Below, one piece after another: positions 27,508-34,163 of a DNA stretch of 42,027 nucleotides. Both the position numbers and the translations under genes were made by a program. A model generated the notes under the pieces. The model was not told where the DNA came from and searched no databases. It worked only from the letters and a program-made list of their open reading frames with translations. Each line of letters opens with the position of its first letter. Position 1 is the stretch's first letter. Source of the DNA: a virus (lineage: Duplodnaviria > Caudoviricetes); IMG/VR virus record IMGVR_UViG_3300031965_000067, positions 1 through 42,027 of that record. The stretch is one strand, 5' to 3'.

Positions 27508-27733
27508 TCAGTTTAAGAGGACATTAATTTCCCTGCTCAAATATTTCGAGGGATTATCAAAAGCATATAACATAAATTCTTCGCCGTCGATAGCCTCTTC
27601 CCCTTCGTGGGTGACTTTGTAGCAAAAATCTTCATTAAAATAAATCGGTGGATCTCTTATGGGTGCACCAATTTAAGCCGAAATGGAGCGGGACTGGTGA
27701 AACAAGGAATTCTCCCGAGTAATGTCTAAGCAT
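27508..27733 (-). pseudogene. Probable internally deleted radical-SAM-like gene remnant
   Basis: MLRHYSGEFLVSPVPLHFGLNWCTHK then stop at 27635; another frame stays open to 27508. Confidence 0.45.
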
Positions 27734-28346
27734 CGAGCTCACCCCTTATTGCCCTCATAAAAGTGTCTTTCGGGGTTTCGTCTCTATTTGATTCCCTAAC
27801 GGCTTTCCATTCGTTTATTTCTGGTTTTGAGAGTTCGAAGAAAATGGGGAAAACCATAGGCGTGTTGGCCTTTTCCCCTTCGGTAGAACCACCTCCGAAG
27901 CCTTCCCCTTGGTGTTTTTCGCCCTGGCTATCGCCTCCTTCGGTTTTTCGGAAAACGTCCTCAAGCTCAAAACCCGTTAGCGAAATATCAAATTCTTGGC
28001 TGGCAAGGTCTGCCAGTTCTAACTTTAAAAATTCATCCAGCCAGGGACTCTCAGCCACCTTATTATCGGCTATCCTTGCAGCCTTTTTCTGATTTTCGGA
28101 AAGATCCGTTCGGACGATGACCGGGACCTTCGCAATCCCGAGTCTAAGGGCAGCTTCCCGTCTACCGTGACCCTTTATGATGACTCCATTTTCATCAACA
28201 ACGATAGGCTGGTCAAAACCGAATTCCGCAATAGACCCGGCTATCTTGTCGATTTGTTTTATCGGATGGTCCTTGGTGTTCCGATGATAGGGGGTGAGGT
28301 CCTTCGGGGACCATAGCTCTATTTTTAGGTCAGTCTTTTTTTTCAT
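27726..28346 (-). CDS. ParB/Sulfiredoxin N-terminal domain protein
   Basis: LTPYHRNTKDH..IAGSIAEFGFDQPIVVD..IIKGHGRREAA..RIADNK; likely start MKKKTDLK; no methyltransferase domain fused. Confidence 0.9.
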   Translation of the reverse strand: MKKKTDLKIELWSPKDLTPYHRNTKDHPIKQIDKIAGSIAEFGFDQPIVVDENGVIIKGHGRREAALRLGIAKVPVIVRTDLSENQKKAARIADNKVAESPWLDEFLKLELADLASQEFDISLTGFELEDVFRKTEGGDSQGEKHQGEGFGGGSTEGEKANTPMVFPIFFELSKPEINEWKAVRESNRDETPKDTFMRAIRGELDA

Positions 28347-28486
28347 TTTCTCTCCGTTTTTCTCTTTTTCAGTTTTCTTTTTTTTTGTAGGAAATGGAAT
28401 TCGCAAAGCTGTTTATGGAATTCGATTATTTTACAGCCATTCACAAGACATTGTCGGCGTTTTGGTGTTTCATCCATTGATGACAT
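28343..28486 (-). CDS. Small Cys/His Zn-finger-like basic protein
   Basis: MSSMDETPKRRQCLVNGC...LCEFH; ATGA-coupled to the ParB-like gene. Confidence 0.55.
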   Translation of the reverse strand: MSSMDETPKRRQCLVNGCKIIEFHKQLCEFHFLQKKRKLKKRKTERK

Positions 28487-28488
28487 TT

Positions 28489-28785
28489 TTATATTTCTTC
28501 GAGAATAGCATTGGGTAGATAAGCCCATATAAAGGTTTTGTTCCAATTTTTTTTGATTTGTATTTCCCTGCCGTTCTTCGGCGTGAGTGCCCAGTAGTCT
28601 GAGTAATCCTCTATTGAGCAGATTATAAATCCATCCATGGCGATTGCAGCCAAAACAGGCAGATTTTCTCCAGGGAGCAATTCCTCAGGCCTGTAAAATA
28701 CAAAATTGTATGAAACGCCTACGGTTCTCATTACCTCTAAAATTTGGATCGCATTTTTAATATGTTCGACTACGATTTGGTTCAT
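28489..28785 (-). CDS. Hypothetical protein
   Basis: GAGG SD, 98 aa. Confidence 0.7.
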   Translation of the reverse strand: MNQIVVEHIKNAIQILEVMRTVGVSYNFVFYRPEELLPGENLPVLAAIAMDGFIICSIEDYSDYWALTPKNGREIQIKKNWNKTFIWAYLPNAILEEI

Positions 28786-28788
28786 TTT

Positions 28789-29277
28789 TTACCTCACCTT
28801 TAAAAGCAATTTTGCAAGATTTAAAGCGTCACTCACGGCCGAATGTGCCCCTGGTGTTCGCTCGGTTGGGGTCAAATACTTCCCGATTAAATCCTGTAGC
28901 TTGTGGCTTTGGCCTGGGAACTTTTTTCGATAATGAGCGAGGGAGCACCACCAAATGGCGTTACCGCTCCCTATCCCTGGGAGGAATTTTTTGCAGAATC
29001 GTTTATCGAATTCGGCGTTATGGGCAACGATGGTACCGTGAGCAATGGTAATGCCTTGTAGTTCTATTTTATGATGAAATTTTAATTCGTCTTCGTGAGC
29101 ACAGGTTAAGGCTTTGATTTTTTCTGGGACCGGTGAGCCTGTATCAAAGCTAACTAGGTGACTATCCCAGATTTTCCACTCTATTACTGTCACCATAGCT
29201 AATTGAGTGACTCGATCTTTTGCTGGAGAAAAACCGGTCGTTTCTAAATCCAAAACTGTAAAATTTCTAAAGTTCAT
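28789..29277 (-). CDS. DEDDh 3'-5' exonuclease (DnaQ-like)
   Basis: VLDLETTG, VAHNAEFD, HSAVSDA. Confidence 0.92.
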   Translation of the reverse strand: MNFRNFTVLDLETTGFSPAKDRVTQLAMVTVIEWKIWDSHLVSFDTGSPVPEKIKALTCAHEDELKFHHKIELQGITIAHGTIVAHNAEFDKRFCKKFLPGIGSGNAIWWCSLAHYRKKFPGQSHKLQDLIGKYLTPTERTPGAHSAVSDALNLAKLLLKVR

Positions 29278-29912
29278 TATGGTTCCCTGCCGTAAAAATC
29301 AAGGAATTCCTGCTCTGGGTCATTGGATTCGTAAATTTCCTCCCACTTCTCCAACCATATTACCCCCTTTAATTTTGCCGTCTGCGTGTAATGCAAATGG
29401 TTAATGGCATGGTTTATGAGTTCTTCCGCTTCTATGAGAAGGGCTTTACCGACTTTTTCTCTTATGGTGATTACTGTTGTTTTATCTCCTGAGTAATTAT
29501 TCCTATCCATTTTTTCCCCTGGTTCTTTTCTCCTATGCTTCTCCTGGTAATTATATAAGTTTTCGGCTTCTTCTTTGGTTATAAAGCCATTGCTGAAAAA
29601 CCATTCCCATGACCCCATTTCCGGTCTGTCAGTCTTTTTTTTCATTTTTTCTCCCTCGTTTAAAAGCTCCTCTAAAGTTTCAATACAAAGTTTTTTCAAT
29701 AAAATATCCAACTCTTCCCTCTGCTTTACGATTGCTTTTTCCGCAATTTCTATCGCCATGTCACGCTTAAAAATTCCTATTCGATCGACTTTAAGACTTT
29801 CGTACGGTAGTTCTTTGATCTCAAAACCGATGTTGAAATCTTGAAAATCAAATTCTTCTAACATGCTTTTAAGCTCTTCGTAGCTTTTTTTAATTTCGCT
29901 CAAACTCTTCAT
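29277..29912 (-). CDS. Hypothetical protein, apparent in-frame fusion of small genes
   Basis: Internal SD plus ATG at 29645 and 29510. Confidence 0.65.
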   Translation of the reverse strand: MKSLSEIKKSYEELKSMLEEFDFQDFNIGFEIKELPYESLKVDRIGIFKRDMAIEIAEKAIVKQREELDILLKKLCIETLEELLNEGEKMKKKTDRPEMGSWEWFFSNGFITKEEAENLYNYQEKHRRKEPGEKMDRNNYSGDKTTVITIREKVGKALLIEAEELINHAINHLHYTQTAKLKGVIWLEKWEEIYESNDPEQEFLDFYGREP

Positions 29913-29931
29913 TTTTTCTCCCTCGTTTAAA
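29641..29931. repeat. 24-bp direct repeat TTCATTTTTTCTCCCTCGTTTAAA
   Basis: Copies at 29641-29664 and 29908-29931; each is an RBS plus ATG on the minus strand. Confidence 0.9.
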
Positions 29932-29935
29932 TGTC

Positions 29936-30529
29936 CTACACGGGCAAAGATTTAACGGCTTGATACTCTATGTCCAAAATATAGAAATAAACCGATTCAG
30001 GTGCGTTTCCGTTTGAAAAACCAGCCTCCCTGATCCTTTTCCAGATTGCTCGTTTGGTTTTCTCTTCAAACTCACCTGGTATTTTGCTCATGAAATTTTT
30101 TAAAGCTTTTGCCGTCAAAAGATCATTTTGCAAAAGCCACTCATTGGTGGATCTTTGGATATTCTGAGACCTCTCAACACTGGGCTCATCAGCCTTCACT
30201 TTTTCAAGGGAATAAATCTCCCTACAAATTTGCTCAAAATCCGCTCTATTTGGCGGATAACGCCTAACATCCTTTGAGTATTTTAGGGCTCCAGCAATTA
30301 TTTTTTCTTGGAATTTCGCAATGCTCATCGCCCACCTCTCCAGATTCTCCTCCGTTTCCTGGTAACCCTCCCCTGCCAGGTGGCTCCAAAAGGAGCGGAT
30401 TTCCAGCAGTAACGCTCTCGCCATTACTCTGTGTCGCTTGGTCGGTTGGGCCACCTTCATCGGCAAATCGCCCGAGATACTCTTCCCATTTTTGATCATC
30501 CATTCCCTTAGGTCCGTTATGTCGCTCAC
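29936..30529 (-). CDS. Putative helicase loader / replication partner (lambda P or G39P-like)
   Basis: AAAGGAG SD plus GTG; RYPPNRADF motif; follows the initiator. Confidence 0.55.
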   Translation of the reverse strand: MSDITDLREWMIKNGKSISGDLPMKVAQPTKRHRVMARALLLEIRSFWSHLAGEGYQETEENLERWAMSIAKFQEKIIAGALKYSKDVRRYPPNRADFEQICREIYSLEKVKADEPSVERSQNIQRSTNEWLLQNDLLTAKALKNFMSKIPGEFEEKTKRAIWKRIREAGFSNGNAPESVYFYILDIEYQAVKSLPV

Positions 30530-31358
30530 TTTTTGGTTCTCCTTTTTGTGTTGGTGTTTCCCAGCCAGCGGCGTTTAGGTAGGTTGTCGCCATGGGTTCA
30601 AAGCCTCGTAGCCATCCGGTATCATTCTGCTTTTTATCAGCGAGGTCGGCTAGAATCGTGTTTCTTGCATGGGTCATCCCTGGCGTTTCCCTGTCAAATC
30701 CGAACTCTTGCCAAATCTGATACGCCTTCGGTTTGGAACCCTTTCGTCGCTTCGGAAATTGCTCCCAGAACTCTTCAAAAAAATCTGAGGTTTGGGTTTT
30801 GAAACTTCGTTTCGGTTTTTTAGGCTTTGGAAAAACAAAGGAGGTATTACTCTGCGAGTTGTTATTTTTTTCGATTAGTTGTTTTTCGGCATAAGGATCC
30901 TCCTTCTTTACCTTCTCCTCATTCTTATCATTCTTGTTATCTATTAAAGGGGTGTCTTTTGATTGTCTTTTGATTGTCTTTTCATTGTCCTTTTCGTGTC
31001 CTTTTTGTGTTTTGTCTTTTTGATAAGTGTCCCATTTTTCGATTGTTATCACTGTCTTTTTTGTGTCCTTTTTTTGTTCGCTTTTTGGTCCAATTTTGAT
31101 CATGTTTTGGTTTACCATGTTTTTGATAAATCTTCTTACCTTACTCCTACTCCAACCAAAAGCCGATGAAAAGGAGCTTTCGGTATAAAATAGTTGACCT
31201 GGTCCAAGTTCAAAACTTTCCCCAAAATCTCTAAAAGAGGAATGGGTCGCTTTCATCAAAATTTCTACCCAAGCCTGTCCGGGGGAAAACGGCTTAATCT
31301 TCCAAATTGGACTTTCCATCAATTTACGATGAATCTTTACCCACCCAGCATTATCCAT
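30264..31358 (-). CDS. Phage replication initiator protein
   Basis: GWVKIHRKL, GQL, FGWSRSKVRRF, TVITIEKWDTYQ, FEEFWEQFPK, ATTYLN. Confidence 0.88.
   Translation of the reverse strand: MDNAGWVKIHRKLMESPIWKIKPFSPGQAWVEILMKATHSSFRDFGESFELGPGQLFYTESSFSSAFGWSRSKVRRFIKNMVNQNMIKIGPKSEQKKDTKKTVITIEKWDTYQKDKTQKGHEKDNEKTIKRQSKDTPLIDNKNDKNEEKVKKEDPYAEKQLIEKNNNSQSNTSFVFPKPKKPKRSFKTQTSDFFEEFWEQFPKRRKGSKPKAYQIWQEFGFDRETPGMTHARNTILADLADKKQNDTGWLRGFEPMATTYLNAAGWETPTQKGEPKSERHNGPKGMDDQKWEEYLGRFADEGGPTDQATQSNGESVTAGNPLLLEPPGRGGLPGNGGESGEVGDEHCEIPRKNNCWSPKILKGC
30952..31075. repeat. Iteron-like repeats (putative replication origin)
   Basis: TGTC(T/C)TTT units at 30953, 30964, 30975, 30986, 30997 (11-bp period), with more at 31013, 31053 and 31064. 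Confidence 0.7.
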
Positions 31359-31538
31359 TTACTTTCCCACAAGCCAAGCGGTGACCGCTTTTTCACTTAA
31401 AAAAACGACCCCACCGATCCGAACACTTTGTAATTCCTGATTTATGACTGCCGTCGTTATCTTTGACCTCGAAAATCCTGTCATTTTTTCGGCATCACTA
31501 ATCCGGATTAGGTCTGATTTTTCTTTTTTTGATTCCAT
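31359..31538 (-). CDS. Excisionase-like HTH DNA-binding protein
   Basis: IRISDAEKMTGFSRSKI..ELQSVRIGG; AGGAGG SD before ATG 31538. Confidence 0.8.
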   Translation of the reverse strand: MESKKEKSDLIRISDAEKMTGFSRSKITTAVINQELQSVRIGGVVFLSEKAVTAWLVGK

Positions 31539-31717
31539 TTTAAACCTCCTATTCATTTGTTATTAACATGTAACCAATTTACAACAATATTGCAAATTTT
31601 AAAACAAAAATCAAACCCCAAAACCATCGGGATTTAAATAAAAAAGGCAATTAAATTATCAATTAAAATGGATGGTAAAAAAGATAAAATTGTTAAAATA
31701 AATCCAGATTTTTAGAC

Positions 31718-31765
31718 AAAAAAAAGCCCCAGGAAAAAACGATTGGATCGTATCTATCCTAGGGC
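31718..31765 (-). terminator. Second (backup) terminator-like hairpin of the early operon
   Basis: GCCCTAGGA...TCCTGGGGC plus T8 on the minus strand, large loop. Confidence 0.5.
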
Positions 31766-31809
31766 AGATTTATGTGCTCTTCAAAATGTAATAATACAAT
31801 ATTTTGGAC

Positions 31810-31833
31810 AAAAAAAAGCCCCCACCTGGGGGC
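31810..31833 (-). terminator. Intrinsic terminator of the early operon
   Basis: GCCCCC-AGGT-GGGGGC plus T8 just after the RHH gene stop. Confidence 0.85.
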
Positions 31834-31849
31834 AAGTTTCAGAGATTTT

Positions 31850-32011
31850 TTATTCCGTTGGTCCCCTCCTTGCGAGCCTCAAAAGCTCGCGGAAACCTTC
31901 GGTTAGAGAACCTGCTCCGAGGGCACGGAGCAGGCTGATTTGGTCAGCAGTTAGGGAAATACTGACCGGTCTGGATTCTTTTCCGGATGCCGGTCGCCCA
32001 CGCTTTATCAT
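31850..32011 (-). CDS. Ribbon-helix-helix DNA-binding protein with AT-hook-like KRGRP (53 aa)
   Basis: Hand-translated MIKRGRPASGKESRPVSISLTADQISLLRALGAGSLTEGFRELLRLARRGPTE; ATGA overlap. Confidence 0.75.
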   Translation of the reverse strand: MIKRGRPASGKESRPVSISLTADQISLLRALGAGSLTEGFRELLRLARRGPTE

Positions 32012-32388
32012 TTTTTTTCCTCGTAAAGAGCGCGGAGGCTGTTGATCAGCCCTTGGACCTCCTCGCTGAAATTTTTTCTTTCAGAGACAATGTCACCGTT
32101 GGTCTCCTCCACCCACTCGCCGTCCGCCTCCGCGGAGAGAAAATCAATGAGGAAGTCGAACGTTTGGCCTTCCTCGACGGGGTAGAAGGGGCCGTGCCCT
32201 TGTCCGCCTCTAACAGAAATTCCCTTTCGGGCGTTGAGACCATAAATTTTTGTCCACCGATTCTCGGAAATTTCTCCGAAGTACTTGGTCTCCTTGCCAC
32301 GAAGGGTCACGAGATTACTACCCTCCTCAAACTTTGCGCCTGTCGCATCTGCGACCTTTTTCGCCATTTCTACAAAAATTGCTTCCAT
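32008..32388 (-). CDS. Acidic early hypothetical protein
   Basis: GGAGGGGC SD; 126 aa. Confidence 0.8.
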   Translation of the reverse strand: MEAIFVEMAKKVADATGAKFEEGSNLVTLRGKETKYFGEISENRWTKIYGLNARKGISVRGGQGHGPFYPVEEGQTFDFLIDFLSAEADGEWVEETNGDIVSERKNFSEEVQGLINSLRALYEEKK

Positions 32389-32395
32389 TTTTAAA

Positions 32396-32441
32396 GCCCC
32401 TCCCAGGGCGTGCCAGCTTCAAAGGGTACCGGCGGACCCAC
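32396..32441 (-). promoter_or_regulatory. Repeated structured RNA element, copy C (pseudoknot plus SD hairpin)
   Basis: GGGT-CC-GCCGGT-ACCC-TTTGAA-GCTGGC-AC-GCCCT-GGGA-GGGGC. Confidence 0.7.
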
Positions 32442-32471
32442 TTGTGCCCACCGTGGTGGGTGGTACTCTCA

Positions 32472-32651
32472 TCACTCCGAGATCGATCGGAGGAACTCGG
32501 TGATGTCCGATCGTCTCGGACCAAGAAAACTCGCCCCACCTGAGTCGAATACGACCCAGAATCCACGGGCGGGCCGTGGTATACAATAGGGGGAGTCGGC
32601 GTATCTCCCCCAAACGATCCGCGAATTTCCTAGTTCCATGATTATTTTCAT
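32472..32651 (-). CDS. Early hypothetical protein (59 aa)
   Basis: Hand-translated MKIIMELGNSRIVWGRYADSPYCIPRPARGFWVVFDSGG...; GGAGGGGC SD at the same spacing as neighbours. Confidence 0.7.
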   Translation of the reverse strand: MKIIMELGNSRIVWGRYADSPYCIPRPARGFWVVFDSGGASFLGPRRSDITEFLRSISE

Positions 32652-32737
32652 TTCATTTGCCCCTCCTTTGAGGCATTAACTTTTAAGGATAAAGTTTAAC
32701 CCAAGATTCCTTTATGCTCCCATTAACGGGAGCACGC

Positions 32738-32763
32738 AAGCAGTTTTTGGACCTGCTCAGGTC
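32738..32763 (-). promoter_or_regulatory. Compact pseudoknot-like RNA element
   Basis: GAC-CT-GAGCAG-GTC-CAAAAA-CTGCTT, 11 nt after a stop codon. Confidence 0.5.
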
Positions 32764-32774
32764 TTGAAACACTA

Positions 32775-33125
32775 CTATTCGTAGACCTTTTCCAAGGTCT
32801 CTAGCCAGTCTCGGAACTGGTCTTTTCCTTCCATAAAAGGGAAACGGTCATCCTCTTCCCTTATTCCAAATTTTATTTTTCCGTCGTTTAAGACGGCGGT
32901 CATGGAGTTTTTCTCCCCCATTCTTTCCAGGGGTAGGAAGAACTTCTCGGTTTCCCATGACACGTCGTGCACTGGTGTGTCGGTCTCTCGCTCGAATTTT
33001 ACCGAAAAGGCTTGTCCTTTGACACTTGTTTCTTTGGTGGTGGTGGAGGTTGTGGTGGTGATGGAGGTGAATGCACCTCCCTCCATCTGAAAAATTTTGG
33101 TGTTGGTGGTGGAGGTTGTGTTCAT
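32775..33125 (-). CDS. Early hypothetical protein, Thr-rich N-terminus
   Basis: True start likely MNTTSTT after the GGAGGGGC SD. Confidence 0.8.
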   Translation of the reverse strand: MNTTSTTNTKIFQMEGGAFTSITTTTSTTTKETSVKGQAFSVKFERETDTPVHDVSWETEKFFLPLERMGEKNSMTAVLNDGKIKFGIREEDDRFPFMEGKDQFRDWLETLEKVYE

Positions 33126-33132
33126 TTTTTTT

Positions 33133-33177
33133 GCCCCTCCCAGGGCGTTGCCATTTTCAAAGGGCATGGCTGCCCAC
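33133..33177 (-). promoter_or_regulatory. Repeated structured RNA element, copy B
   Basis: GGGC-A-GCCAT-GCCC-TTTGAAA-ATGGC-AAC-GCCCT-GGGA-GGGGC. Confidence 0.75.
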
Positions 33178-33180
33178 ACT

Positions 33181-33459
33181 TTAGGTATAGTAAGGCACAC
33201 TATGCTGCGTAAAAGTCCCTACGCAGCCGTCAGGTGCGTTTTCGTAGACTGGTTGCGGGAAATTCACCCGGTCCAGCCTGTATTCTTTTACCAAGTCCTG
33301 CCTGAGGCGCACCCGCGCGGTCCGGTTTTTCGGGCTCACCTCTCGTAGCCATGCGTCTCGTGCGGACTGAGAGGAGAACGCCAATACCCGCCATGTGTTA
33401 GCGAATCCAGTATCGGATTCGCTACCATAGTCATTTACTTCTCCGTAGAATTTTTTCAT
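33181..33459 (-). CDS. Early hypothetical protein
   Basis: GGAGGGGC SD; 92 aa; FSSQSARDAW motif. Confidence 0.8.
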   Translation of the reverse strand: MKKFYGEVNDYGSESDTGFANTWRVLAFSSQSARDAWLREVSPKNRTARVRLRQDLVKEYRLDRVNFPQPVYENAPDGCVGTFTQHSVPYYT

Positions 33460-33467
33460 CTCTCAAA

Positions 33468-33511
33468 GCCCCTCCCAGGGCGTTGCCATTTTCACGGGCA
33501 TGGCTGCCCAC
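33468..33511 (-). promoter_or_regulatory. Repeated structured RNA element, copy A
   Basis: GGGC-A-GCCAT-GCCC-GTGAAA-ATGGC-AAC-GCCCT-GGGA-GGGGC. Confidence 0.75.
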
Positions 33512-33514
33512 TTT

Positions 33515-33970
33515 TTAATCGAAAATCTCTACATTAAGGGGGATAATCAAAGCCTCCCCATCTGACCCGCGATACGGGAGGAGGATGCCCCTGGCTTGCA
33601 CTTTATCCCTGTCCGCAAACCAAATCACGGACCCGCACTCCTTCTCACCATCAATTTTTGCCATTGACAGCCCGCCCTCGGACGTGTCGCTTGCGTAATT
33701 GTGCGATAAACCGCTCCAATGCACTCCACCGTATCTGTATCCGGTGACGATGTGCAGCGCGGAGAGGTCCATTCCCTTTTTTCCCAGGTTGTATGCCAAT
33801 TGCAAAATGGGGGTGTGGTATGACCAATATTGATCTCCAGACCTCAACCCCTCTTTATTTGCATTTTTTAGACATAAAAAAACCCCCTCCTCAGATGAGG
33901 AGAGGGTCGGGGTGGACAAATTTTCTCGGATCTCCCCCTTGGAGGGGGCTGTTTCGATTTTTTTATCCAT
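33515..33970 (-). CDS. First early hypothetical protein (start uncertain)
   Basis: Open frame from ATG 33970 (possibly leaderless); the SD-led ATG at 33875 is out of frame. Confidence 0.65.
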   Translation of the reverse strand: MDKKIETAPSKGEIRENLSTPTLSSSEEGVFLCLKNANKEGLRSGDQYWSYHTPILQLAYNLGKKGMDLSALHIVTGYRYGGVHWSGLSHNYASDTSEGGLSMAKIDGEKECGSVIWFADRDKVQARGILLPYRGSDGEALIIPLNVEIFD

Positions 33971-33976
33971 AATTTA

Positions 33977-34005
33977 ATAATAATTTAATTGTTAATTAAA
34001 ATCAA
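33977..34005 (-). promoter_or_regulatory. Sigma70-type promoter with palindromic spacer
   Basis: TTGATT-N17-TATTAT; contains inverted repeat TTTAATT-N3-AATTAAA (33984-34000). Confidence 0.7.
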
Positions 34006-34163
34006 CTAAAATCTTTAATTTTCGCAACTATTTTTCAAAAACAACACAAAATGCGATAAAATCGGGTTAAAAAAAGTCATAAAAAACCGAAAAGAATCCA
34101 AAAAAAACGTATTATATAGAGGAAACCCCGAAAAATGGAAAATTCAAGGGGTGGGAGAAAAAA

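Noticed and set aside
27726-28346. Plasmid-prophage partition system
   Set aside because: ParB N-terminal domain only, next to the terminase, with no ParA or parS array; this matches the packaging/modification-associated ParB-like class.
671-31400. Numerous plus-strand ORFs opposite the late arm (and minus-strand ORFs within 34164-41730)
   Set aside because: They overlap well-supported, tightly coupled genes on the other strand and lack SDs or recognisable motifs.
33035-33122. GGT-rich duplicated tract
   Set aside because: Explained by two Thr-rich peptide stretches in one ORF.
32396-33511. CRISPR mini-array or integron attC cassettes
   Set aside because: The intervening sequences are whole genes of unequal length, there are no GTTRRRY/RYYYAAC ends, and no integrase or cas operon is present.
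33133-33517. Stop-codon readthrough or frameshift fusion stimulated by the pseudoknots
   Set aside because: Readthrough at 33181 hits TGA within eight codons, readthrough at 33515 is out of frame with the next gene, and no slippery heptamer precedes either element.
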